A DNA stretch of 63,958 nucleotides, counting the filler, from Collodictyon triciliatum (taxonomy: Eukaryota): NCBI GenBank assembly GCA_043381765.1. It is 8 parts of 8 records of this genome, joined end to end, with 100 filler letters (N's around TTAATTAATTAA, not from the genome) between each part and the next. Parts side by side here need not be neighbours in the genome. Positions count along the whole stretch, not along the records: positions 9,499 to 18,895 come from JBHJMP010003031.1; positions 18,996 to 28,430 come from JBHJMP010003032.1; positions 28,531 to 37,918 come from JBHJMP010003033.1; 5 more parts are not named here. One strand, 5' to 3'. The position numbers were made by a program, and so were the translations under genes. Within the stretch, counting starts at the first letter, position 1, and each line of letters begins with the position of its first letter. Below are positions 13,570-31,677 of the stretch, piece by piece. Under the pieces are notes generated by a model. The model was not told the origin of the DNA and searched no databases. It was given only the letters and a program-made list of their open reading frames with translations.

Positions 13570-14052
13570 ACTCTGTCGAGCCGAAATTAGGAACCTTTAT
13601 AACGCGTTTTCCAGATTTCTTGGCTCTAAAATCACAGAAGTGGTGAGAAAATCCACGGGCATGAATATTAGAAGAATATAATATGAAAGGAGATAAGTAA
13701 ATAAAAAAAACCTAAATAAGAATGTATTTTAGTGTGAATATCAGAGTTCTCAATTAAAGACACGCTTACGCATCATCATCGATTTTCTGGTCGCTGATAA
13801 ACTCTAAACGAGGCTTCATATTTAGGATATTGTACTGCACCCGAGAATCTGATAGAAAAACCCTAAGAGTAGAAAATCATATCATTCGTGAGTGAGGATT
13901 GGCATTTAAAAGCGCGCGATTGAACTGCAATAGAGTAAAGGTGGCCTTACATTGAGTGGATGCAATAGAGAATATAGACAGAAAGGAGAGCTTGTTGTGA
14001 GGTTAAGTCGCAGTGAATTCGCTAAATATATATAATAATCATCTAAAGCGTA

Positions 14053-15203
14053 TTACTCTCGTGGGGGCTCGACCTCAGTGACAGTCAGGGGTCGCATAGT
14101 GGTCCAGTTGGTAACATTGTATGGCGTTCCGTATCGATTAGAGGATTTCTGGTTGTAGGAGATATGATTTGTCGTCAAGGCTATTTCATGATTGTTCATA
14201 TGGTGTAAAGTCGTTTCTGGTAACACGTTCGCTCTGTTTCATACAATCTATTAAGTTTCAGGGACTGATTGAAAGAGAGAAGAAAATGGGAAGTGACTAA
14301 TGATAAAAAAAAAAATACTAGTGCATTAGATCGTTCCGTGGATCGCATTTGATCCTCTTCGGTTCGTCTTGTGAATTCCTATAGAGGGTTTGTTTTTTTG
14401 TTTGTTTGCTTTTTTTTTTGTTTTTTGTTTTTGTTTTTGTTTTTGTTTTTGTTTTTGTTTTTGTTTTTTGCCATGTTTTGTTGAGGGGGAACCACCACGA
14501 TTTGAAAGAAAAACATCATTCACTAACCAGTTCGTCATCGTCGTATTTCTGAAGAACAGGATTCAGCCGGGTGCGATCGTTTGGGCCTCTCGACCTGTTC
14601 AGAGGTGTTCCTACACGTTCGAATGACCACTCGATTTCAGAGCAATACCCAACTTGGCAGGGAGCGGTTCGATCAAGAAAAAAAAAATTACAACAATAGC
14701 CACCGTTATGGTTGTGACTATGGTAATGATCAGAGGTCGAAACAACTAATTGTCTATTAAACACAAACAAATAAATAAAACAAACAAACAAACAAACAAA
14801 CAAACAAACAAACAAACAAACAAACAAACAAACAAACAAACAAACAAACAAACAAACAAACAAACAAACAAACAAACAAACAAACAAAACCTGGATCGAC
14901 AGCAGCAAAGCGCTGTTCTTCACGGTAACGCCGAAGTGCTTCGCCCCAGGTTCTTGGGGAGGCAGACGAGTCTCTTGTGTGCATTTGCAGTGCGTGCTTT
15001 CGGCCAAAGACTCGTGCAGTTCGCCGTGGCGAATATTCGGCTGCAAAGAAAAGAGCCCGACCATATTGTGAGCGTATTGGACGCATCAACAGAGACTGAC
15101 CGACCGTGTGTTGCTGGCTGGGCGTTTGACCGTGCTGTAAGCGTGATGCGGGCTGATTTGAGATCACACGATCGAAAGTGTGATCGGCGAAGAACGGAAC
15201 CAT
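14053..15203 (-). CDS. Hypothetical protein (multi-exon)
   Basis: First exon MVPFFADHTFDRVISNQP...EEQRFAAVDP, followed by a (GTTT)n intron. Open terminal exon ...ALTTNHISYNQK...TEVEPPRE* (TAA at 14053). Confidence 0.45.
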
Positions 15204-15467
15204 AAACGGATGGATTCAATGAATTATCGGAAACATAGCGACCGTTGCAACGTGATTTTATATGATATGTTATATACGGTATACAATTGTCCTATTCTGG
15301 ATGTCTTCGTTTTTTACATAGGTTTTCTTTTCTTCGCCAAGGCCTTTCCTTTCCTTTTTTTTTTTACGTTCATTTTATATTCCTCGGGGTAGTATTATGG
15401 GATAACTGGTGTTCAAGGTGATTGATAATGGATCCAGGTGCTACGGAGACGGGACTTGGGCGGATTT

Positions 15468-18400
15468 TCAAAGATGTTTCAGGAGAGTGTGTTGGCCTTG
15501 CTTTGGAAAGATTTCAGACAATAGCGCTTGCCACTCCTCGCGCCTGTAAGCAGACTCGAACTGAAAAACATAGTACCGGTGATGAGTCGTGATGGTGAGC
15601 GACTTTTGGCGAACTTCTTCGCTAACGTTAAGAGCCATCAACGACAATGGTGCATGCTTCGACAGGGAGTTTCCGCGCATGGATTCTGATACAATTACGA
15701 AAAAGAGTGAATGATGAAGGATATTGCCTGAAATCAAGGTGTGCGTAATAAATACATTGGGGTTATTTGAGGGATGGGGACACGAATTGATATTGGTGTA
15801 TATTATTTTGAATATGAAGCACACGGTATCTATGTTACTTGATTTCTCATGCTCTTGCGTTGGAGTGCCAGACTGTAGCTCTGTGAATTCCAACACATCA
15901 ACATACCCATCCTTGTTCTTCTTCGCTGTGCCATTAGACCAATTTAGAGACACTCCAGACTCTGACAGCCACAGGAACTTTTGGGTCCATTTCCCAGAGC
16001 TATACTTGCTTGTTGCTATACCTATGTGTATGATTATTTTTTCTAAATCAGTGATGCAACCTGGTAGCATATATCGCATTTGCAGAACCACATTACGCAC
16101 CCATGACCAGCGTGGGGATAGTTGATATAATGGAGCATAAAAGCGCGCCAACTTTTTTGGTTTCAGACAAGGCGAGTTCGTTTTTTGCTCTGACCAATCT
16201 CAGTTCTTCTTGCACTTTTGCCTCCCTTTCATCTGCGTCTGCCTCCTTTTGAAGTATGTCTTCGTTAAGGCGCTCGAAAGTTGCATCTGCAATAATTGGA
16301 TTGGACTCAATGATGGGTTCCCCAATCGCGTTCGAACCCAAGCCTTCACGAGCTATCGGTACATCTAACACCCCGGCAATCTCATTGTTTTCAAGGGATG
16401 GTGCCTGGCCTGGTGCAATCGAAAGAGGCAGTGCAGGGACGGGTTGTGGAATAACTGCATTATTGAAAACAAGATATTAAACACAAGGACACATTATCAT
16501 TGCAAAAATGTGTCACCCGAAGCCAAAAAAAAAAAAAAACTAAACAGGATATCAACCAAAAGCGAAAAAAAAAACCCTTCAAATTTCGTATTAGTATATC
16601 GTTCACCTTCATTTATATGAGGAGACTTCATAGCTCTTTGAACCAGCTCTGCCTGTCGTTTAACAAAAGATGCCCATAGCTCAAGGTCCTTTTAAAAAAA
16701 TCATGAAAAAAAATAAGGGACAGAACCAAATAGATGTGTAAATCAATTAAGATAAAATAAGGAGAGGAAAACTATAGATTCAAATAAAAGTGCACGATAA
16801 AGGATATCTTTTCTAGATTTAACAATTCATTTCACCTTCGTATCATCCGAAGTTAGACGGCAACTGACACCAGAATCTGTAATGATATCCAAAAATATGC
16901 GCTTGTGACCAGCCTTTGTAAAAGACAATATGCACCGACCAAGGACACTCTCCCACGCTGGCTGGTATGTCTGTGATTTGATTCAGCGATAATATTCATA
17001 AATAGTCGATACCTGCCTCTATATGAACTCTCGAAATGATCCTGCATAGAAATATATCAAGATTTTATAATTTTTCATCCGGCATATCAAGAGGAGAAAC
17101 CTTGTCATCATCAAAAATTAGAATTTTTCCAGGGTATATTTGCAACCTAGAGACCAAATTACATAGAGTAAGTGTTTGTGAAGCACAGTTCGTCATCGTT
17201 TTCTTTTTAATTAAAAAAAGCTTAGCCTCGACCATGTATGTTGCATGAGATATATAATACCATTTATGAACCCAAGAATCACCAACTAAAGCAGCCCAAT
17301 TAGTACAGTATAATAAAAAAAAAGAAAGAAGAAACGAAATATGCCGATAAAATAACTCAAAATAGTATTCACTTGTAGAAGAAAAAAAGTCAACAATATT
17401 ATATATTCGAATTATACGAATCGCATCCACATACCAGCCATTCTCAGGTATCCCTCTTTGAAAGGCTTCCTCTTGTAAATTCCCTAGCATTTACATATAT
17501 ATTTTTGATTATGTGAATATTTTTTATTAAAGAAATTGTGAATCGATGAAGGTTAAAATCAATTATGTTGAAGGAATGCTTGATTGTAAGTCGGCAGGGA
17601 AAAAAAAGTGAATATAAAAAAAGTATAAATATTTTGTCAAGTGCCGTAAACTTTTTCTGATATTTAATGTTTCGAAAAAGAAATTGTGTTTTCATATTTC
17701 CTTTCGATCCGTTTAATGTGATGTGTATCTTATTACAAACTTATGTGCAATTATGACATGTAGCTAGACTATTTACATATTCCTTTCCAAAGAAGTTTCG
17801 AAACGTTTCAGATTCACTGACACTCAAGATGACGAGTATTTTGGTTAAGTAAATCTGAAACGCTTGCCTCCTTGCTTCGGCCAATTCATAGCTTGATGTA
17901 AAAAATGCCTTCCCAGGAAAAGGTACATCACGGACATGTGGAAATTCGTGGCATAGCTCCTGGTGAAAACTCAAAAACTGAGAGTATCTTCGGATCAGAA
18001 TATATGAGTCCTGGTCGTCACTGTACTCTATTTCATAATACTGTGCAGCAAAGATGAATTAGAAAGTGATTATATTTTTGGACAGTTTTTGATGAGTATT
18101 TTGGGGAAATCATTCATCACGCAGCGCAAATGTACAACATAACGAGAGACGTAATTAATTTTGACGATGTAAAGTGTTTTGTTGTTATATATTATGTTAA
18201 GTCATATTTCGTCCTTATCGCATGTTGTTACCAATTTTGACAGGAATATATCCAGAAGTGGCCCAATGATGCTGGAACTTTGAGACGCTGTCGAGTAATA
18301 TTTATATTGAGAATTGGAAATAAAAAAAAAGAATAAAGAATGGAATGAATAGAAAGATAGTAATTCAGAGAAACCCAAAAGGAATTCGACAAGTATTAAG

Positions 18401-18581
18401 TGCTATCCTGATTCAGGTGAAAGGAAGGAATCTTATGTGGCTTCTGCCTCTTAAGTGAGGCTTGTAGATAATAGAGGATAAGAAAAGAAAGTATGTTGGA
18501 GTTGGTCGCAACCCTTTTGACCGCCACGTTGAGCGAGCTCTCGCCAATCTTCTCTGAAAGTTGCTGCTCTCGGCCTCCCAT
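15468..18581 (-). CDS. PX-domain protein with C-terminal PH domain(s)
   Basis: PX motif YILIRRYSQFLSFHQELCHEFPHVRDVPFPGK...EARRQAFQIYL. C-terminal PH-like KWTQKFLWLSESGVSLNWS...YVFQFESAYRREEWQALL. A probable second PH-like region lies near 16650-17050. Confidence 0.78.
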
Positions 18582-18996
18582 AAGCTAACGGATTCTGCAA
18601 TAGGGGTTTAGATCCAGATAGATATTAAAAAAAAAGTTAGACATTAACCGTTTAAGAGCTTTCTCTCTTTTCTCTCTTTTTTTCCTCTTTTTCTCTTTTC
18701 TCTCTCTCTCTCTCTTTTCTCTTTTTTTCTCTTTTTTCTCTTTTTTCTCTTTTTTTCTCTTTTTTCTCTTTTTTTCTCTTTTTTTCTCTTTTTTTCTCTT
18801 TTTTTCTCTTTTTTCTCTTTTTTTCTCTTTTTTCTCTTTTTTTCTCTTTTTTTCTCTTTTTTCTCTTTTTTTCTCTTTTTTTCTCTTTTTTCTCTNNNNN
18901 NNNNNNNNNNNNNNNNNNNNNNNNNNNNNNNNNNNNNNNTTAATTAATTAANNNNNNNNNNNNNNNNNNNNNNNNNNNNNNNNNNNNNNNNNNNNA

Positions 18997-19143
<147 letters not shown>

Positions 19144-20538
19144 GCGAGGTCATCCGCAGAGAACGAAAAGAAAGAAAAAAAAAGAAATAGTTTTTAAATA
19201 AAAAACAAACAAAACAAAAAATTCCCTCAAAAATGAAACTCAGTTTATTTTATCTCAGAGCGACCGGGAAGAAGCAGATAATGAAGTGGTGCCAAAACGT
19301 TGACCATTCATTCTTTGGGCGCAAGTGGGCGGCTGAGGATGAGATATTTGATACTACTGTTTCTTTTGTTGATCTAATACATGGGGCGATTAGCCTTTGT
19401 TTTGTTCAGCCCCCCGATCAAGGAGCAACCCCTTCTTTGATTTTTTGTGGCATAGGCAGAGCACGAGAAAGAGGAGTCACAGGCCGACCAGGCGAACAGA
19501 AGCCCGAAGCTACGATCGATCACAAACACACACACACACACACACGCACATACGGCGCAATCGGGGAAAAGACGGAAGCGCGATGCGCAACTTTGTGGAT
19601 TCGAACAGCGTAATGGAGCGAGAAAAAAACAATGTGTGCTCTTTGCGACTTTACGTATGGTAGATAAATCTATTTCAGTGGTTTGAACAGGATACCATTT
19701 ATTGACTTGATACTTTTATTACTCTTAATTATATTGATAGCTCCAAGCCATTAATAGTCCAGTTATTATTCTTATATTGTACATGTTAATATAAATTCCA
19801 GATTAATTATGATACGAAATATTGGGATGGTTTATTCTGGAATCAGAAGAAATGAAAATCCAGAAGTAGAATCCCATCACATATACAGCAAGAGACCAGT
19901 GCACTTCAAAGCCGAAGGGTAGAACGCGAGAAATCGAAGGAGACCCTCTTTTCCAATCCCGGATGACTAACCTAAATTGCGGGCACACACCAAAAGTGAA
20001 GTTTGCATGCATGATTTCACAGAATTTTCCAAGAAAACAATCACATCTGCATCACGCCAGCAAGGCAATAACTCAAAGGGTATAAATAAAGCACCCCAGA
20101 AAAACAAAAACTATGAGTTGGAAAAAACACAAAGAGAAAAACAAAAAACAAAAACAAAAACTCGAAAACCGAGAGAATATCTGGCATGAAGCAAAAGTTT
20201 ATAGTGGAGTTACTAGAGGGAAAAACGTTCGACCACGGCCTGGCCTGTCTTCCCTTCTGCTATTCTTAAACCCACTTCACCGCCATGCAATCAACGCGAT
20301 CGAATGATCTCTGCGCCAAGAATTGAAGAAAGAAAGAGAGAAAAAAATACAAGAAATTCCAATGCAAGAAAGCACAACCCAAACGCACAGACAAAGACAT
20401 CCACACACACACACACACACACACACACCTCACGGAGCAAAAGGGAAACGAAGGCAGGATAAGCTAACGAACAAACCCAAGCAGCCACAGGACACCAAGG
20501 CGCCTTCCAAGCCACCACGACCGAGACACGAGAGGACG

Positions 20539-25896
<5,358 letters not shown>

Positions 25897-26317
25897 TGAA
25901 CCGTCGGCCAAGCCTACTGTCGTTTGGTCCACTCCAAAGGAGCTTTTTTTTTTCCATTCTCCCTTCCAGCCGATCTTGCTTTCTCTCCTTTTTTTTTCTT
26001 TGAAAACAAAAACAAGACATAAGTCAACCCAACCAAAAACAACACTGTTACCAACCCTATCACATAAGATATTCCCAGCCACGCATATACTGTCCTTTTA
26101 TACGAATCTCTCTTTACCAAGCGGATGCCCATGTCCAAACAAAGGTTATGTAATGGACTCCTCGCATGAATGTTTTCCTCAGTAAAGACGAATAAACAAA
26201 ACAAAAACAAAACAGAACAAAAAATAGAGCCGCGAAAATGAAAACATCTGTGTAATCTCCCACTTGTTTATTATCGCATCCTGGCGTAAAACTGAAAGCG
26301 AGAAGCGCAACCACTCC

Positions 26318-28229
26318 TCAGAGGCGCGGCGTGGGGAAACTCACATTGCCTCCGCTGAAGATGATGCCGACTCTTTTGCCCCGAAGCACGCCACTCCGGC
26401 CCAAGTGCATCGCCGCGGCCAACGGAACAACACCGGACGGCTCCACAACGAGCTTCATTCTTTCCCACACAAGCCTCTGAGCCGCGATGATCTCCTCCTC
26501 CGTCACACGCACAATGTCGTCCACATACCGCCGGATTATCTCAAAGTTTATCTTTGCGTTGTGTGGGCACAGAGCCGTGGAGGTTACTTGGTGCTTCGTG
26601 GAAGTATATACCCTTGTGCGGCGAGAGATTGGGAAGATAAATAGAATAAACAACATACGACTCCCAATGTGGTCCGAAGGCCGTCTGCTATTGTGTTCGG
26701 GGTCGCCTCGGTAACACGGACGCCGCCTTTTAATGGATTGCAAACGAATGGTTGAGCAATAAATAATCATATGGCTAAGCGATGTCTCCGCTCACAAACA
26801 TCCATTATGTTCTCTTTCTTTTTAGAATGTTGAACCAGATACAAAATTATATATATATTCCTCTTTCCTTCCTTCCTTCCTTTTTTTTTGTTTTGTTTTT
26901 GTTTTGTTGGAATGTCATATGTTTATTGCAACAAAATATTCAAATAGGATAAAAATTAGGGTTGGACAACTTTTGAATGATTGGTAGGCATCGTCTGCAT
27001 TTAAGGGCTCTGCACCAATCACTTTGCATTGCGGAAGGAGCATCTTTGTGGAGATAGCAGTCCCAGAGAGCAATCCTCCTAGGTTACTCAATTCATTTAG
27101 TCACTATAATCATTTAAGTTTGAATGATGTTAGATTTGCATTCAGAACAAGAAATGATTGAAAAGGCATTAAGTGGACGTATACTAATGCATTCACAAGT
27201 ATTATACACCTTCGAATTACTATCACGCACAAACCCCCTCCAACTGGTGCAATTACTACGTCCAGCATCCCTGTATCTTCAATCAGTTCCTTGGCAGCAG
27301 TTCCAGCACCGTATATCACTCTTATGTTGTCCTATATGGCACACGGATATAAAGGATAAACAATGTGGACCACGAATTACACTCTATTCCATACAATTGC
27401 ATTCTATTATTTTATTTTAATTCGAGGAATCGTAATTTTCTTCGATGTCTAATCTTCAAATTGTTTTAGTAGTCGCTAAATAGTGTTCTCAAAATAATAT
27501 ATTACTTTAATAAGAAAAAGGAATCAATACTTTGTATATGCGTATCACATACATAAGGATGAACCATGACACAGCCGTGCTGTTCCATAACGCGTGCGGC
27601 AGTCTCTTCTCGTGCCTTAACATTGGGTTCGCATAACGTCACTTCGCCTCCGTAACCTTTGGTTCCTTCAATCTTGACCTGGGTGCGCAAGAGTAGTGGC
27701 GTGGATACGATATTTGGTACCGTGAGTAAACATAGGTAAAAGGCATGGGGAGCATCTTACTTATTTATTAGGCTTCTCGCCATCAGCAAACACGATGTAA
27801 ATATGAAGCAATCATTTTGGATTTAGTCGATAGATTTGGATATAGGAAATTGTGTTGGTAGGAATCAACTGTGTATTACCGATGGAGAATTTGACGGCAT
27901 GACGATGTACGACTTGACACCCATCATAGTTGCGGCTAAGGCCTTGGATACATACGCACATAATATATTGAGCACTTACGCGAACTCATCTGATGAGAAA
28001 ATCTGTAGTGTAGTTATCTCATCCAAAATTACACATGCGTGGTAGTACAAGGGATTCTTGCCGCGGATTACCAGAAGAAATACCAACCAAAGCCTGAGCA
28101 TGATTCCCACTTGAATGGGTTACAACGCCGCGTTTCTTCTCGTCGAGGGTTAATCCGGATACATGGTTAAGTGCGCCGCGGAACTTAAAAGCACCACCAA
28201 CCTGAAGATTCTCGCACTTGAAAAAGAAC
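26318..28229 (-). CDS. PLP-dependent serine racemase / threonine dehydratase family enzyme (5'-truncated)
   Basis: FKCENLQVGGAFKFRGA (PLP lysine), THSSGNHAQA, APVGGGGLLSG, GAEP, NTIADGL, MKLVVEPSG, GIIFSGGNV...PRL*. Confidence 0.92.
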
Positions 28230-28530
28230 CTTTTGGAGAGGGAGATGGAAATGTGACGAGAACCAAAGAAAAACGAGGCATTATTCCACTGTCAAGGTAG
28301 TATCGGCAATGATAAAACGAAGTAACAACAAAAATAATAATAATAACAATAATAATAACAATAATAATAACAATAATAATAACAATAATAATAACAATAA
28401 TAATAACAATAATAATAACAATAATAATAANNNNNNNNNNNNNNNNNNNNNNNNNNNNNNNNNNNNNNNNNNNNTTAATTAATTAANNNNNNNNNNNNNN
28501 NNNNNNNNNNNNNNNNNNNNNNNNNNNNNN

Positions 28531-28603
<73 letters not shown>

Positions 28604-29241
28604 GTTTCAAAGAGCTCGCTCCGTCTTATTCATAAGTAGGTTGTTGTACTCACGGGTCGGTGGCAGCTGGCGTCTTGGTCGTCGGCGTGCCTCAGTGCAT
28701 AACCTGTGTAGCAAGGGATGTGATCAAGTGACCTTTCCGCTCTCTGGGTTGGCTGCGTCGGCCTTCACGGTTTTCGTACGATCAGCAGGCATTCCATGGC
28801 GCCGGTCTCCTGGTAGGCGGTCTCGTCCTTCTCGGGATCGCTCTTTCCGATCGCTTGCTTCCTTACTCTTTTTTTTTTTGATTCAGAATGAGGCGAGTTC
28901 GGGAGAAGAAGGAAAGAACGCCCCAGTTTAATAATATTATTTTCGGGAGAATGCATCTTTTCTTCTTCGCCAGTATTTTTTGTTTCTCTGCAAAACATAC
29001 TTTTTTTTTTCTTATCCATCGTTGTTGTTTTTTTTTTCTTCTACTTATTGTTCTTTCAACTATGTCTCTCAGCGTGAACACCACATTTATTAACATTGTG
29101 ATCATAAACCTTTTTGTTCTGTTGAGGCGTCATTCCCATGTATAATGTAAATGAAAAAAAAAAATGGAAGGAGAGTTGCGTGGCCAGGCTTTGACAACAA
29201 TCGTGGTTTTTGTTGGTCTCTCTTTGCATTCAGGCAACGGC

Positions 29242-29762
29242 ATGTTCGACGCTGAGGCTGACAGTCCTTTTCACTCCGCGGCCTTCGTTTTGATCGTCTG
29301 CGACTCCGCTGCCACTTCCGACGTGTTTCTGCCACGTATGCCTAGACAGTCGATTTTCAACACTCATCTTTTTCTATCTTCTTTCCTTTTTTCTTTTCAT
29401 TTTCATTTTCTTTTCTTTTTTCTATTTTCTTTTTCTATTTTCTTTGCTTTTTTTCCTTTTCCTTTTCCTTTTCTTTCTCTTGCTTATCGTTTAGTGTTCG
29501 TTAGTATTAATTCTATATAGTTTACTTAATCTCTTCACTAACATATCCCAATCCAATATCCGATTTATTGAAGGACTTCCCCTGTGTCCGCAAGCTGACA
29601 CCACACAGCCACCTTTAATACATCTCTCCACAAAGTATTACACAGCAAAAGTTCCTGTGCGCCTCGTATTCCACAATGAAACACCCCAACTGCCGAATTC
29701 TTTTGATGGCTCTTGCCAGGCTCTAATTCTCCTATTCACACAGGTTTAATAACCAACCTAAC

Positions 29763-29841
<79 letters not shown>

Positions 29842-31352
29842 CATCTATCTATCCATCTATCTATCCATCTATCTATACATCTATCATCTAATTGTCTAAT
29901 TGCCTAATTGTCTAATTGCCTAATTGTCTTTATATTCAAATGATCAATTATCCCCCAGTATTGTAATTATAGTTTAAACTTTACCAAGGATTCAGAGTGG
30001 CCTGTTCTCCTTTCATGGATGCAGCTCGCACAGGAAACGCAACCGGAGGTTCTGATGGTTGTCCGATGTGTAGACTCTGTAGATGAGAATGATGAGATTG
30101 ATGAAAGGCGAATGGCCCCTTTTAAAGACCAGACTATCGATGCTGGCTTTGAGTGGATTGAATTTGCATATCAAAAGGGTTTCTGTTTGCTTTTTTAGGT
30201 TTATGTATGTCTTTTTTTTCTTTTTGTTTTTATCTCTTTGAGTGTATCACTTTGCACTAAGTCGTCGTATTTGCCTAATGCAACATTTAGACTATGGTCT
30301 TGAGGAAGAAAAGGAAGGAATCGCTCGCGTTGTGGAGGCCCTTGAAGGATGTGTGTGGCCCTCAGGTAGCATAAATATGTGCCATTGTATTCTCTATATT
30401 GTATTTCCTTCAATCAATCGATAGCACTCTACTTTTCGAATGAAGACAACATGACACACATAATTATATAAATAAGCACGATTAATTCTCTTTGGTAATT
30501 AAGAAGATAGCGAGACAAGGTTAGAAGAAAGTGAGAGTGACGACTTCGATGAAAAGCAAGACGGATATATCCATGAAAGTATGTCCAGTTTAAAGCCCTC
30601 TGAATCAAGCGAGCCTGCGATATCGAATAAGCCAAATAGCGAAAGACTCACCAGTGCCGATGAATTAGAAGAAATCATCGAAACCCCATCCTACTCGACA
30701 GAAACACTCTCAAGAATCCAGTCGACAGAAACGAAACAGACTGACACAATACCGTCGCTTACTCCCTTAAAGTAATCAATACAAAGGCTCGCTGAAAAAG
30801 CCTCAACGCTAATTGCTCATGTGTACTAAATTTTAATTAAATGGTTGATTTGCTAGGACAAGTGCACGCACCGAAGTAATTGACACATTGGTTGGGCCAG
30901 AACCAAGTCGCAGTGTAATACCACATGCATTTTTTTGGATACTGAGAATGATGAAGTTTTAGATAGTGTAATTTTTCAAGTTTTTTTTTAATAAAGAAAA
31001 AAAAGAAAGGATATAATCAACAATTTTGGGCTAGAAAAAGAAGACCAAAAAGAAGAGAGGGAAGACAGGAACTGCATCAAAAAGCGGAAACGAGGAAGAT
31101 ATCGATGAATTTGAGAATCTGATGGCCACAATGTTGCAGATGAGAGAAATGGCGCGCAACTCAACTGACGCAGATCGCCGCAGAATAGCTGGTTGCCAAT
31201 TTATAATTTTTTAATTCATGACATCTTTGGATGATTCCCTTTATCTTTCATTATTTATCTATGAGATTTCAATCATCTTAATGTAATATGCAAATGCAGA
31301 GCAATTTACAATGAAGTTGCTTCAATCCATGGGTGATGAGGAGGATGACTAA
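29242..31352 (+). CDS. AAGAB: Alpha- and gamma-adaptin-binding protein p34 homolog
   Basis: HLSTKYYTAKV, KEGIARVVEALEGCVWP and C-terminal DIDEFENLMATMLQMREMARNSTDADRRRIA|EQFTMKLLQSMGDEEDD* match p34/Irc6 motifs. Confidence 0.8.
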
Positions 31353-31677
31353 CCTAGAAAACACTCATATTCGTTAGATTAGCCATAAAAGTAAGATTCG
31401 TCATTTTTTTCTTGTTTTGATTGCGGCATCAACATTAAAAATAAAAATATATTTTTCATATCAAAAGGTATTGTAGGGATTTACTTTTTCATAATATCCA
31501 CATCGTTGCTTAATTCAATATAGTCCTATCATATAGTTTTCTCTTTATTTTGGCATAAAATTGAAAAAAAAAGTATGTAAGGGAAATCTTTCTGAAGTTG
31601 GCATGCTGTTTTCTTAAATGCGCTGGTTCAAGTGATGCACAGATATAATTTCATAAGAAAAAAGGGATTTAGCGTAC

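Noticed and set aside
19250-20012. Possible small minus-strand gene between DPM1 and OvoA
   Set aside because: A plausible terminal exon (…WSTFWHHFIICFFPVALR*) exists, but I could not build a supported gene model or assign a family.
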